Shown: positions 14,848-29,166 of the stretch, piece by piece | How the letters are laid out: each line of letters starts with the position of its first letter | Position numbering within the stretch: the stretch's first letter is position 1 | Notes under the pieces: generated by a model | The model's input: the letters and a program-made list of their open reading frames with translations, nothing else | Databases searched by the model: none | What the model was told of the DNA's origin: nothing | Assembly (NCBI RefSeq): GCF_009914755.1 | Contig: NC_060936.1 | Direction: 5' to 3' (one strand) | DNA from: the human T2T-CHM13v2.0 reference genome, Homo sapiens | Length of the DNA: 64,000 nt | Program-made: the position numbers and the translations under genes

Positions 14848-15092
14848 CTATGTGTCCAAGTCATAAGACTGAAAATTTGGAGTCCTGTAGTTTTCTAAAG
14901 TCTGTTTAAAGGTACAAATGTGATTTTCTTCCTGAAAATCTGTCCTTTCTTTCCCATCTTCCTCTGACCCAGAGTCCAAGTCTGGGGAAGAATGAGCTTT
15001 CAAATAAAAGGCTCTTGGCTGACAATCTGATGGCTGTCCAAAGCTTGAATAGGCATCTAGGTGAGGTCTCCTGAGAGCTTTTCCAAAGGTAC
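14848..15092 (-). CDS. LRIG3: LRIG3 exon 19 coding part, ends ...FQSYDLDT-TAG
   Basis: ctttcag| acceptor; ORF 14848..15174; 245 nt completes the frame. Confidence 0.96.
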
Positions 15093-16330
15093 CTGAAAGA
15101 AAGAAACACCTTGAGCACATGGGTCCCTTTGCTAGCATGTGAATCAATAAAACCCATTGCAAATGAAGGAACATCTTACCCCATGAATATGAGTAAGTGT
15201 TTTCTACAAGTCCACATTATGGCACTCACATACATGTACATCTGTCTTACAGCCAGATCACTTCTAGAATGGAGCAAAAGACATTTGCCTTCCCTCATAT
15301 TTACATCCACTGAACAAATGCATCTATTCTTTATCATTTCTCATGACCTGTAGTAATGTTAATGGTCATGCAATAAAGTTCCCCAATATAAGTTTCCCCA
15401 CATCCTAGCTGAGAGCCCAATTTTGGTGACGGGTGTGTTGGATGGTAACATCCAAGTTAACTGAGGCTAAATAAAGAAATTTTCTTTCAAAATAAACCTG
15501 TGTCCTGCCCTTTCTTCATTAATTGTAGCCAAATATTACTCAATTGAATCAAATTCTTGCCTCAGTTATACAAAGCATATTATTTTAATTTTTTCCAAAA
15601 AAGGAATATAAATAATTACACTGTGATAAAACATAACATTTCGTAGAAGTTGGGTAAAATATTTGAAAATTCTCCTTTTTTAAATTTTATTGTCAACATG
15701 GCAAGTTGTGGCTGATTTTTCCATCTCTCTGTTCAGTGAAAAGATGACCTCAGCTCTTCCATCCTATTATCCCCATGCATCAGACGAAAAAATTCACTAC
15801 CTAATCTCAGTGCCAGCCAGCATCTAACACCACCGACTTGGACCTTAAGGCTGGTTTTCTTGGCCAAAGGTAGTCCAGCTTGTCAGACTAGCAGTTGTTG
15901 CTAGGTAGGATGTTGTTTTCCACCCTTCGACTGCGGGTTCAGTTGGAAGCCACCAGACATACCAAACCACAATCATGCAGAGCACACAACTCCACCCCAA
16001 AGGCCGTGGGAGCCCAAAACCACTTTTTCCACATGGCTGACAAGCTGAGCTCCTAAGTCCTCCCCAAACCCTTGTCTTGGAGTAGATGCCACACACAGTG
16101 CTACCCAGAAAGCTCCTGAGGCTTAGTTATAGATTAAACACATCATCAAGTAAAATCCCACCTCTGACTTTGCTTTTGGAGGCATTTACACTAACTAGTC
16201 GGATGTCATGGCAGCCTCATTCAAGAAACCATTTTTTACCAGTTTGACATTCAAGGCTGTCATTGCTCTCTCACACACAACTTGGAGTATGGATCCTCAG
16301 ACGAGGTACCTGATAACTTAATAAACTTAC

Positions 16331-16606
16331 CCATGAAAGAATTACTCGAGGCAACCGACGCTGGCTCTGGATTTGCACTAAAATCTAAAGAGGACTTGTT
16401 TAGACACAGATTTTTCATTCCAGGTCCTTCATTGTGAGAGTAACTAGTGTTAAGTAGCTTCCTCACATGTGAAGGCCACGATATATTACTGAAGCTCCGT
16501 TCGCAGGATTCTTCTGAAGGATGAGAACATGGGTAGCACTCCTTTTTCTTTATGTAACTGGGCTCATAGTGGTCCATTAAAACTGTTCTTGGGTCAGGAC
16601 TGCAAC
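16331..16606 (-). CDS. LRIG3: LRIG3 exon 18 (cytoplasmic)
   Basis: ttaaaaag| acceptor, G|gtaagt donor; 276 nt; overlaps ORF 16260..16577. Confidence 0.93.
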
Positions 16607-16705
16607 CTTTTTAATATGGGGGCAGTAACAGAAGGAGATTACAGTTAGCACATCTAGAAGTCTCTCTAAGAAACAGAACTGTACTCAAGCAAGAAAACCA
16701 CCTAC

Positions 16706-16849
16706 CTGTATGATATGTTTCAAAAGGATCTGAGCCATACACATTTCCCTTCAAATACATAGGGCCTGTGGATCCCAAAAACGGACAAAGGAACAGATCT
16801 GTGGCAGCTTCCACATCAGCTTCACTGCTATTGTCAATATGGCAGGTCC
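16706..16849 (-). CDS. LRIG3: LRIG3 exon 17 (cytoplasmic)
   Basis: tttcaaag| acceptor, G|gtaggt donor; 144 nt; overlaps ORF 16611..16814. Confidence 0.94.
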
Positions 16850-18029
16850 CTTTGAAACAAAAATCTTAGTCAATGATCCAATTATTCAAGTGCCATTCAA
16901 CATTCTCCCCAGTTTTGGCATCTTCCATATTTATAGATGAAAGTTTGACTAGAACATCATATAGACAAAAAAATTGCAAAAATTTACAGTAGGGTTTTAA
17001 AAAATTTATTAGAGGACTTAATTAGCCATTGTGCTAGGTGTGGTGGCCTTATTGCTCACTTGGTTTCTACGGGAAACTGATATGTGCAGATCCTGCAGCC
17101 AAAGCAGCCATGGTCTAAACCACATACCATCAGCACTGTCCCCTTCTTACAAAAGGTCCCAGATGACCAGAACCAGGATTGGCACTTGGCCAATGACCTC
17201 TTAATGCCCATCTCAAAGATAAGCTCAGCTAAACATATCATCTCATGAGTATCTGAACCAAACAACACAGAAATATACGCCATTTACTGCTGGACACAGC
17301 AGGTGAAGAGTAAATGATATCATCAGGGTTAGAGATGTCACGATGACGCATGTGTCTGGGAAGCAGAAACTGGGCAGCAAGAGGTGGTGGGCTGAGAGAA
17401 AAGCAAATATGCAGAACGTGACACAGTAATGCTGGTGGCCCAGAGCTACTCTGGGAGCAGCCTCATCTCCAGCCTCAGCATCTAGGCAGCCTGGCATTAT
17501 TATGCCCCAGTTCTGTCCCTTTAGGTTTTCCTTAAGTGTCTTTTCAGTTAACCCCATTATGCTTTAATGAGCTTGGGTCTCCACTCTGCCTCTAAACGGG
17601 TCTAACCAGAATACTCACTTCTATGCTCAGATCCTGTAACTCTACGCTCTTTATTTCTGGCTTGCCAAGCACTTTTAGTTTATCCACCTCTGACGAAACT
17701 GTGAAATTGAAAACATATACTTCTCTCCCAACTACAATGTCTGGCACAGAGCGTATAATAAATACTTATGGGAAAAGTTGGTCATATATTTTAGAATAAC
17801 ATCGATGGCTTCCACTTGCTGAGCCCTTAATATGTGCCTAGCGCCATGTAGTTTTCCATCTTCATTTCATTTGCACAAGTACCTCACCAGAAAGTATTGT
17901 ATGTGCCCCACAGTACATGCAGTAAGTAGTAGGTCTTGTACCAAACCTGTGCTCTTGTATTATGCTGTCTCCATTATTATTCTCAAAACTATGCAGCATT
18001 GAAAGCAAGGGTCAGAATTAGACTTCTCA

Positions 18030-18425
<396 letters not shown>

Positions 18426-18720
18426 TTAAGGGCCAAAGAACATTTATAATGTAAAGGATACACAAATATCCTTTACACATGGAATAATTACATTTTTCTA
18501 AACCTACTAGTCTTTTTTTATTGTTAGAAACAAAGATTTATTTCTTTCCTAGTATTTAAGAGAACGGTATAGAACTATACAATTTCAACCTTGCTAGTGA
18601 TCTTGGGCCAGGTCCTAAATGTCAGTGTTATCAATGTCTTGTGAAAATGAATATCATATCTGAGCCTTCCACCATATGACTTCAAAACAATTACAGCCCA
18701 CATTCATTTTAAACACTTAC

Positions 18721-18879
18721 CACTACTGTCATGTTGTGGTAAGAAAAATCCAGCACCTGAAGATGTGACAAACTGGTGGTGGCTTCCACTTTCTGAAGAC
18801 ACGTACCCATCCTGCCTGTCAGCTAACGTTCCCTGAGATGACAAATAACTAGGAATATCTGCTGGCAAGTTGGTCTCAT
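18721..18879 (-). CDS. LRIG3: LRIG3 exon 16 (juxtamembrane tail [19 protein letters not shown]...)
   Basis: ttacag| acceptor, G|gtaagt donor; 159 nt. Confidence 0.95.
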
Positions 18880-19675
18880 CTGTAATAAAACAGCAGCATT
18901 TTATTAACCAAGGATGATCGTTAATTGTCCCACAGGCATCCCGGGTGAATGGCATAGACTATTTTGGCTTCTGTATACATCAAATTAGGGGAGATCTACT
19001 CTGGCAAAACCATCTCGATTGTACAGTATTCTGGAACGGCAAATTAGGGCTTTGCTGCTCTGGGACGTATAAGCTGACTTTCTGTTTTATCACCCATTGG
19101 ATGCACCTCCCAAATTTCAAAACAACAAATGTTTAAACAGATTTTTTAAAAGGCTGAAGGCCTAAGAATTTTCATGGGACAGTATCTAAGCTTTCGAATT
19201 ATGCTTGATTATTGCCATATTCCCTTCTTAATATTACTAATCAATATCTGACTTTGCACATACTAATCAAGTCACAGCTCCTCTTCCACTAATAAAATCC
19301 AACCTAAGTACATGCACATACGCACAGACAACAAGACATACAACTACTGCAGAGAGTAAACCTTATCATTAAAGGGCTGTTCCTGGTTCTCCATCACTAT
19401 CTTATGAAGGAGTTAGAAATATTTTAGTCAGTGACTTGGATTTTATCTCACAGCCACAGGATACCCTGATGTCATTTTAACAAAAAGTATTAATCTTTAA
19501 ACATCAGCTTTATTTGGGGCTGGAGTTTTTTAGCGAATCATATTTCTGCAGCTTGAAACAAATGAGTCACCCTTCTGAGATGAACTCAGACTGCAAGACA
19601 CACGTTCTAGAAGTATTTGCAGAACCACAAATACACATGACTCCGGTGACCTGTGCCAAGCTTCTGTTTACACAC

Positions 19676-20128
19676 CTGTGTTGGTAATGCTGCAATCTTC
19701 ATTCCTCCGCCTTGTGTGGTATATGATGACCACCCACACGAGTGACGTGCCCACCACACAGCAAACCACGGCTATGATCACGACACCCACAGTGGCCCAT
19801 CCGTCATCGTCTAACGATGGGGCTGTCATCTGAGGGGAGTCGCAGGTTGGAGTGGGGATCACACTGAGGCGCACGTTTCCTCTCTCAGTGCCAAGGGTGT
19901 TAGACATCTCACATGTGTATTTCCCAGCATCACTGACATCTGAGTCCACAATAATCAGAAGCTGATTGCCTGCTGCAAAAAAGTGCCTCTCGGTTACCAC
20001 CAATGGGCTATCATCTTTGGTCCAGTTCAGTTTAGGGGGAGGGCTTCCTCCAGCAATGCACTGTAGGACGGCTGTTTCTCCCTTGGTTACAGTTCGGTCC
20101 AACAGTGGCCGCAAAAATGATGGTGTTT
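19676..20128 (-). CDS. LRIG3: LRIG3 exon 15 (Ig domain 3 + transmembrane helix + RRR stop-transfer)
   Basis: ORF 19668..20114: DAGKYTC, VGVVIIAVVCCVVGTSLVWVVIIY-HTRRR; 453 nt. Confidence 0.96.
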
Positions 20129-21099
20129 CTGAAATAACAAGTTATGCTTTTAATTTCCCAAATAAAATTTAGTTTCCATATCATAAAATGTAGCATTTAA
20201 ACTTATTCAAATTGTAACCTAAAATTTTATTCTCCCACAACTTACTGGACACACTTTTCTAAGAGCCTAAACATATACAACATTCAGTATTTCACTATTC
20301 TGCTGTCATTTACTCATAACACCAGTTAAGGATAATATCTACTATTTTTAAAATCTCAGCTTCCCTCACTTTTGCAAAAGTCGGGAAGCTGGTAGTAGGG
20401 GGGGAGAGTGGGAAACAAAAGCTTTTTAAAAATAGAAAGTACAAAAATAATTTCAAGCACAAGGGTATGTTGATAAATAAAAAAAATCAGAATGCTTAAG
20501 TTTTTTAAGTGAAACTTTTTAGGGCCGGATGCCTGGGCCTATATTAAAACTCTGACAATAATTTACTTTTATTATTTAGTATCTTAATAGGTTACGTTAA
20601 TTAGCTCTTTCAAAGATACGTGAATAATAATTGTGTTTACATTTTTAAAAAGCATTTGTTTAGGTAAAAGATGAAAAAAAAACTCTGACTTCCGGAGAGG
20701 TATGGTAGGCTGAGAAAAGAGAGTAAGGCCTTCCCAATTTGTTCCCACATTTTTTTTTAATGTTCTTTATGGTGTTAAGACTACTGATATAGACAGCACA
20801 GTGGGGAAATTAGAGGAGGGTGATCCCCCATAAAAGGGAAAGCATCCCAACTTTTCCTCGGCCCCTCTCTTCAGGATGGAGGGGGCAGGGATTCACCTCA
20901 GTGGCCAGACTTGAGGATGTCATGCAATCCCTGACTTCAAAGTGTTCAAGAGGCCATTTGCATTAATACTTTCTAGGAAAAGGCAATGCCCCATACATCT
21001 TCATCTCTTACTCTCACAACTTCTGATACTTAGGGACCTTGGATGAGCTAGTATCTTCAAGACTGATTTATACTACAGAATCTTAACAAATTCACCCAC

Positions 21100-21381
21100 C
21101 TAGGACAGTCAGAGTTGCATTTGCTGAAATACTTCCTGCACTGTTCTGAGCTGTGCAGCTGTATACCCCAATGTCCTCTATCTTCACATCCACGATAAAG
21201 AACACGTCATCCTCGGGCATCACATGCATGCGTCTCTCCCGTGCAGCTGGGAAGTCTGTGCCCCCATCCTTCTGCCAGGCTATCTGGGGGGCTGGGTGCC
21301 CCACAGCAGCACACTCCAAGCGTGCCATGGCCCCAGCTCGGATGGTGAGATCCATGGGGGTCTTGGTGAATGAGGGAAGCA
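21100..21381 (-). CDS. LRIG3: LRIG3 exon 14 (Ig domain 2)
   Basis: ORF 21092..21523 with DIGVYSC motif; tttcag| acceptor, G|gtgggt donor; 282 nt. Confidence 0.96.
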
Positions 21382-21999
21382 CTGAAATCAGAGAAACAAT
21401 ATAGGCATTAGCACAGTGGAGTCTTACAGGTTCACTTGCATTCCTTTTTATTATTTGTTTGTTTGTTTGATACTTACAGATTGTCCCTGACATAGATTGG
21501 GCAGGGGTTAATTCCAATTTCAAGTCAAGGAAACTAAAGTTGAGATGGAAAGATTAAAAGGCTTGCTCAAGGTTACAGATACAGAAACAATGAAGTCAGG
21601 ATAAAACAGAGGTCATCTGATTCTCAGAATGAAGGTCTTCCTGCTATTTTCTGCCACTTTTTAGTTTCCTCAACAATCAACTGTGAGATCTTGGGTGTAT
21701 CAATTAATCTCTTTGTACCCTGACCACTCACTTCATCTATTTTTTTTTTAAAGTCTCTCCTGGTAGCTCTAACATTCTGTGACTTTTAAGATACATGTTT
21801 TGCCCTACAATTTAAACTCAAAACTGTTCTATGTGCCAGGCCACAGCCATCATTTGCTGAGTGAATGCATTAATGAATCATATTCAAAATCTTCTACCAC
21901 GGCAGATACAGATAGTTAAATGATAAAGTGGCAAGGATCCTACTGTAAAACTGTATACCTACCACACAAAGCAAACAAGAATAGACTTCTGTTAACAGT

Positions 22000-22210
22000 G
22001 GCTAACAGTGCATTTACTGAGCACTACCTTGTAGCCATTTTGCTACATCCTTTACACATATTATTTCACTAAATGAGCATAATGCCTCTAGGGGGCAGGT
22101 CCTATTATCCCTAATTGAAAGATGTGGAACTGGAGGCGGAGAAGTGAAGCAACCTGCTGAAAATCACGCAGGAGTGGCAGGATTCACACACAGATCTCTG
22201 AATTAAAGGC
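22000..22210 (-). mobile_element. MIR
   Basis: catttactgagcact...tattatccc...gaactgga...ggattcacacacagatct. Confidence 0.6.
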
Positions 22211-22286
22211 AGTGTGCATCCAGCATGATGCTTTGCAGCCTTCCAGATCAGTATACTACACTGTAAACTCTCAAAGAGGAAAACAT

Positions 22287-22605
<319 letters not shown>

Positions 22606-22856
22606 AGAGCAAAAACATGTCTGGTTCATCTCTGTGTTACTCACCACACTGAGTACGGTGTCGTCTTCAACATAATTGCAGGTTTAGATACAAATAACCA
22701 AGAATCTTAATTTTGTGGAATGAAAGGTAGGGAAAGGAAGAGTCAGGTGGGGAACTGTGAGAAGAAAAGACAGGGTTAAGATTAAGAGAGAAAAACAGGT
22801 GCTTTCTATTTCTAAAAGGTATCTTTAAATGCTAAAGGAAAAGTCAGATCACATAC

Positions 22857-23177
22857 TATTTACTGTAAGCTTGGCTTTGACAGAGTAGGATGAACCAAAG
22901 TGATTGGAGATGACACACTGATATTTCCCCTCACTGGCAAATTCCACCTCGCGCAGCCGAAGGATGGTGGTATACTCCATCACCTCGCCACCTTGGGCCC
23001 GGAGGTGTGCATAATTTTCCATTTCAGCATCATGCAGTAGTTCATTGTCTTTTTTCCAAGCAAAAGTCATTGGGGAATCACTGCTGCTGGCAGCTGAGCA
23101 GATGAAACTCAAATTGGAACCTTTTATTGCCGACTGTGTTTCTGGCTGAACCGTGATCTGGGGTTTGGGAAAATCAT
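22857..23177 (-). CDS. LRIG3: LRIG3 exon 13 (Ig domain 1)
   Basis: ORF 22849..23112 with Ig C...W...EGKYQC motif; taacag| acceptor, A|gtatgt donor; 321 nt. Confidence 0.96.
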
Positions 23178-25144
23178 CTGTTAAAAATGGAGAGGAGGAG
23201 ACAAAACAATGTTAAGGCTCAAGAGTCCAAATACTACTCAAATTTGAACACCAAGAAATGCAAAAACAGTGGCTTAGGTTTTACCCTTTGTGTATGTTTT
23301 CCAGATGGACTAGCCGTCCCCATGTTGAAATGATACACTGGGAGAGTATTTATAAAGTAACTCATTCATCTCGAATACAGATGCAGATCTATTTATCAAT
23401 CACTATTACCTGAGAAAAGACTGTTATTTTGGAGCTATCGGAAAACCCACACTTTATTCCTGATCCCTTATGCTTTCTATAAGTAGAAGAAGAAAGCAGT
23501 TTAAAAACTTCCAGGCTCAGGGATCATTTTTGAATGCTACTATCAGAAACTGCAATTGTTCCCATGTTCTCCCCAGATAATGAGCAGCAAAATTAGGAAA
23601 TCAAACATCAATCATGATTAATCAACAAAGACAGCCATTAACACTTCATTTACCAAAACAGAACCACTATTTAAAAACAGTAATTTAGGTAGAGGCAAAA
23701 AAAAAAAAAAAAAAAGCTGATAGCAAAAGAAAAAGCATCTGTAAAACAAACTGTAAGACACTGGCTTCAGCCTGGAGCTTTGAGCGGCCAATCGTGCCGC
23801 CGCGCTGCCCTGTCAAAGCTACATTATAATTAGAGCTAAGCAACTCTTTCATTCTAACAGTTATTTTTAGTTCTCTGTTACATTTTGGAAAAGTTACCTT
23901 TTTGAACTTCAGTTTCTCAGCCATGATCTAAACCCAGAAGGAAACATCTGAGATCTACCAAAGCGTACCATTTGGGTGCTACTATTTGAAAAGACAACTT
24001 TTTATGTGTATTGAATGGGTTATAGGGGATGCTTTGATAACTCCAGGGCTGCTATTTTTCAATGTCTGCATATTGTAATCGAGGTGTTTTCTGTACTATT
24101 CTGAAATTCTCATCTAATAAATCGATGTTCAGATTCACAAGGAAGTGAAAAAAACGATGGATACTATACATGTGTTTCAACGTAATAGGGGGATCAGATC
24201 TTGGGACTAAAAAACTATGAAACAAGGACCATGGGAAAGGAGCAGTTCAGGCCCTTACAGATGAATGCCAAAAGCTTATTCAGTTCCAAAAGCTACATCA
24301 GAGGTTTTATTTCCAGAAACTACTGGCACTGCTTAATGCTGCAACCTAAAAATATATATCGTGGACAAAGCAGTTTTAAGTAAATTTTTAAATGCCAATG
24401 CAAAAGAAGGTTCTTAATATTTTAACACCCATGCTTAAATAAAAGCAAATTCTGATTTATTGGTTTATAAAACATATTTATTTTTACAGAGGTCTCCATG
24501 GCAGCTAATAGTAAATGGCAGCATCATGTAATAGACAGAAAGTTACACCAGAGATGAAAACTTTTCTTTTAAATCCAGATCTGCTACTAACTAGCTATGT
24601 AAAGTTCAGGTAACTAGATTTCTAATGCTGAGATTCTTGGATGCTAAAACAATGGACCTTAAAATTATTTATAATAAATTCACATTTCCTATTACTTGTA
24701 AATGTTTTACCGACCAATAGTTAATTTTTTAGCACCCCATAAATCATTAATAATTTTCTCTTTCATGTAAACCTCCCAACAAGCCTCAGAGTTGGGAAGA
24801 GAAGAAAGGAGAGTCCCCATTTCATGGATGCAGAGACTAATATTTAGGGAATTTAAGTTAAGTAGAAGGGCTGAGATTACCCTTCCATTCTCCCAAGATC
24901 CAATTTCATTCTCATTCCACCGCACCATCCTGATGCCAAAACAAAGATGAAGCAATTTTAGAAAACTCTCTTTCCCATCTGTGAAATTAAAATAATCAGC
25001 AAACTATAGACCCATTTTCCTCTACCTCAGCAGAAATAAAAGCTTTATAAAGAGATCATAAATCTATTCAAAACCATTATTTGGATAAATGGGAGGGGGA
25101 AAAAAGAAGAATAAATAAAAGGCAAGGGCAATACTTATACTCAC

Positions 25145-25308
25145 CACACACAAAGCCATCTGGGCTAACAGCAAAAATGCTTCTTCCTTTTAGCAGCTGA
25201 GGATGGGCACAACTGGCATTTACAAAGCTCTGAAAGTTGTTTTCCGCCACCCACTGTGGGAGCCATTTTAGCTGGCAATCGCACAAAAGGCTTGATGTAT
25301 TTAAATGC
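25145..25308 (-). CDS. LRIG3: LRIG3 exon 12 (LRRCT: HLNTSSLLCDCQLKWL...CAHP...GFVC)
   Basis: Inside ORF 25077..25331; ctcctcag| acceptor, G|gtgagt donor; 164 nt, phase 2 to 1. Confidence 0.96.
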
Positions 25309-25795
25309 CTGAGGAGAGTAATTACATTCAATTTGTTCTGTATGAAATGCAGATTTCTACAAGTAAACTAAACCCAAGTAAATATTAACAAAGCAATGAA
25401 TTTGGAAACTGAATACACACATCCCATGGAATAAGTATCCCACAGTCCATTTTAAAATACAAGAAATGTATCTAGCATGATTTTCTGTTGTTCTTACTGT
25501 CCTACTGAGACAGAAGTGTTGATTTATCAAAAGTTCCTTACAACTGAAAAAATTACTACTATATTGGGTGACTGTACTATATTTGGTCCCACAAAGTTGC
25601 GAATTTAAAATAGAAAGAAAAACTCATTTCAACAAAAAGAACAAATAAACTCCTTTTCTGTTGCCTAGTATAAAAATTAAGTAATGTTAAGAATGTGCCA
25701 GGCACTTTTTATAGATACATAATCCAGGATGCCACACCATATGACAGTTTTCCCCTCTATACTTTCAGACTCCTAGAAGGAAAAGAAAAGCTTAC

Positions 25796-25867
25796 AATTG
25801 TTGCAGTTTCTTCATTTGTGAAAATGCATTGCCTTGTAAAGACATGATTGCGTTGTCACTCAGGTCT
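25796..25867 (-). CDS. LRIG3: LRIG3 exon 11 (LRR: DLSDNAIMSLQGNAFSQMKKLQQL)
   Basis: ttttcag| acceptor, |gtaagc donor, 72 nt. Confidence 0.96.
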
Positions 25868-28106
25868 CTGAAAAATCACCAAATCAAATGCATCAGAGCA
25901 AACTACCATCATTTCGTGCTTTTGGACAAAGTTTGGGCCCCCACTGCCCACCCCATTTGCCAAACAAATACTCCCTCTATGTGTCAAATACATGACTGGG
26001 GCAGCCCCAGAAGAATCCACTGCAAAGCTTGTGCTGAAGACCCAGGGCATTTGTATCACAGATAGGTTTTGTTTTAGTGAAAAAGATTCACTTTCTGTCA
26101 TCACTTAAAGATTATTTGACTCATTAGGGCCCATGCTGTTCTATTATTTCATTCTATTACTCTTTATTCAAATTAGCAACTATTGGAAACTTCTAAATAT
26201 ACAAATAAAATATACAAATAAAAAATAAAAATAATTATGCTTTTATAAAACATTTACACAGTATTTTTGAAGATATGCACTCAGTTAAGTGATTTACAAG
26301 TGTTACTGCATTTATTCCTACAACAACCCAAAATATGATGGTATTACTACTTAGCTCAGCACGAAAGGGGAAGGTAAGGGTTGAAACAATTATTTTCAAT
26401 TCCAAAACCTGTGCTTTTAACCATTAACCTAATTCTGTCACCCACAGCTCACTAACATAAACGCAGTAAGATGTTCAGACAAGATATACTTGTTAAAACC
26501 AATACTTCAGGCAGGAAATTCATAAAATGAGCACATATTCTGGATTAATTCTCTTTATACAGAGACTTATAAGCACTCTGCATTAAAGTATTCACCACAA
26601 TGATTACCACTCTGTTTTTCTTTACAGGGGTCACAGTATACAAAGGGAATATTGAGTGAGACAAGTGGGAAGAGAAGACAAAGAAAGAAGGGACCAGACA
26701 TGGCTAGACGAAGAGGCTGGGGCAATCAAGGAAGATTTAAGAAAACTGAAGCAGAGATTAATACTCCACTGATCCACTAATTCCACGTTCCCAGAAACGG
26801 AATGGGCCAAATGACAAACCCTTTTGGCTAGTTTTCTTTTCAAAATAATCGGTTTCAATAAATACTGCAATGTTGGTCTGCCCTTCCAAAACTCAGCTTT
26901 GCAGAATCATTCTACTATAATTTGAACTGCCGCACTCACTGTCTGGGTGGCTCACGATCCAAGTCTCCCTCAGAGGAACTGGTGCAGTCAGAAGGTGACA
27001 ACACAGTGGTTTACAGATAACAGCTAAATCTTCACTCTCAATACACAGCACACATAGGAGAACCCAATATGTATTTTAAATTGTAACTTCTTTTGTCCTG
27101 GTTAATACATATTAAAACTTCTGGATACAAGCATTCCTTAACAGTCAGAGTCGATATTATACATTACTTTGTACTTTTACTGTACAAGCGTAAAACATAC
27201 ATCCATGGTTATAAGCAGCTGGTTGGTTCCCTTAGTTAAAACATGCAAGTTTTGATTCCTATCAATGTTAGCTAGCTTTCCTCTCTTAGTGGCTGAAAAT
27301 TCCTGAGCCCCTAAATGACATTTCAGAAATGTGTGCCAGGAGTTACTAGGAGCTACTGGGAGTAGCGGCAGAGATTGTACAGGCAAGAGCTAGTGTGATG
27401 CAGGGACACTGTGCAAGTCGGGGCAGCTCTGGGTTGCGTCCTGCTTCTGACAGCTACTAACTGGTGGGTCAAGACGAAACAAAAGAAAACAACAAAAAAG
27501 AGAACAATGGTAAGGGGGGGTTGTATGTTTCATAATTAAACAACAATAAGAGACCAACAATTCTCAAAGTAGTGCTAAAACTCTCCTATGTCACTCTTAA
27601 GGATTGTGGAACATTGTCTTTGTTCTTTAAAAGCCAAGTCATCTCCTTTAACTGTCCAGTGGAATCAATAAACTCTTAGAACCTCCGCTTAACAATAAAG
27701 ATAATAATAGCTATTGAATTGTATTCTGACTAAGAATTAAATGAGAATATATGTGAATATGTGGTACAATGCCTGATATATAGTGGATGAACTACACCTA
27801 GTAGTTTGTTTTTTTTTTAATTAAATAATCACTGTTTGAGAAAAACAATTAAAAACCCATTAAGGAGATATAGCTTTTGTTCTTAAATACAAAGGAAAGC
27901 ATACACCTGTATACTTCTATATAGGTAGGTAGGTAAGTAGGTAGACAGAGAAAGAAATAGAAAGATAGGGAGATGTTTAAATATATTTTATGGAACCGGA
28001 AGGATGCCAACAAAATTACATTCCAGTTTGTTTTATCTTTCATGACACATAAGTAAAAACCATCTTAGAGATTCTCTTTTAGGGTAACTAAATTCTAGCT
28101 ACTCAC

Positions 28107-28178
28107 AGATGCTCCAATGCATCCAAACCAGTGAAGGCTTTTTTAGTAATAGAACGGATCCGATTTCCTTGGAGTATC
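28107..28178 (-). CDS. LRIG3: LRIG3 exon 10 (LRR: ILQGNRIRSITKKAFTGLDALEHL)
   Basis: ttccccag| acceptor, |gtgagt donor, 72 nt. Confidence 0.96.
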
Positions 28179-29085
28179 CTGGGGAAAAAAATTACATTGG
28201 AGCACTTAATTTAAAAAGCCATTTTGGGGTGGAACTCTCATAAACAGAACTGCTTTTTAAATTATGTGTGAGCAATTCCATTTTCTTCAATTAAACAATA
28301 TATCCTGTAAAAATGTGTCCATGCCATCTATTTCAATAATGTAGTCGAACATGGTTTTTGAAGCATTCAACAAAGAGCCCAACAAAAATAGGTATTCAGT
28401 AAGTCACTCTGCTGATTAAGTTAAATCACTGTTTTTCAGAGTCCTTTTAGGAATAGGTAGAGACTTTATTTCAAGTAAACTGTCTCAGAACACTAACAAA
28501 GCAGATAATAGTGAACGTTTTCTCCTTCCTCTCCTTCTCTGTGGATACCTTCCATCCATAGGAGTTTGGGACTATAGGGAGCTGAATTTGAATACTGCTG
28601 GCTTAACACATGTAATTTGACCATCTGCAAGACCATTTTATGGTTAATTATAAGATGTTTTCATCCTGTTTTGCTTGTAACCTACCACAGCATTATCAGT
28701 GGCTACTAGATTACTTCATTAAAAAAATTCCTACGGGGACAGTACAACATTGAGGATTTCAAGATGTGGAAGTGCCTGCACTAACTTTTACGCAATGATA
28801 ATTCCAAAAGTGTAAGCCCTCAACATAGATGAAAATTATTATGAGGATATTAAAGTAAATTACACATACTAAAATGTTGAATAAAACACTTTCACCTAAG
28901 GAAGAAAAAGTTAATAATATACATCTTGCGCAACAGCAGGCATTTGGGGAGAGGATCAAGGGTGGTAACCAGATTAAGCACTGATTTCTCATCTCTTCAT
29001 GATGTCAACTTGTATAGCTGACTTCAGTGAAGACAAAATTTTTAAATCAAAGAGTGAGCTAAATTATGAGGCAATTCATACTCAC

Positions 29086-29166
29086 AGTCGCCTCAGTTTG
29101 TCAAGCCCAGAGAAAGCACCATTCATGTCTTCAATAGTCCAGGAAATTTCATTGTTCTTCAGATCC
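29086..29166 (-). CDS. LRIG3: LRIG3 exon 9 (LRR: DLKNNEISWTIEDMNGAFSGLDKLRRL)
   Basis: aattag| acceptor, |gtgagt donor, 81 nt. Confidence 0.96.
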
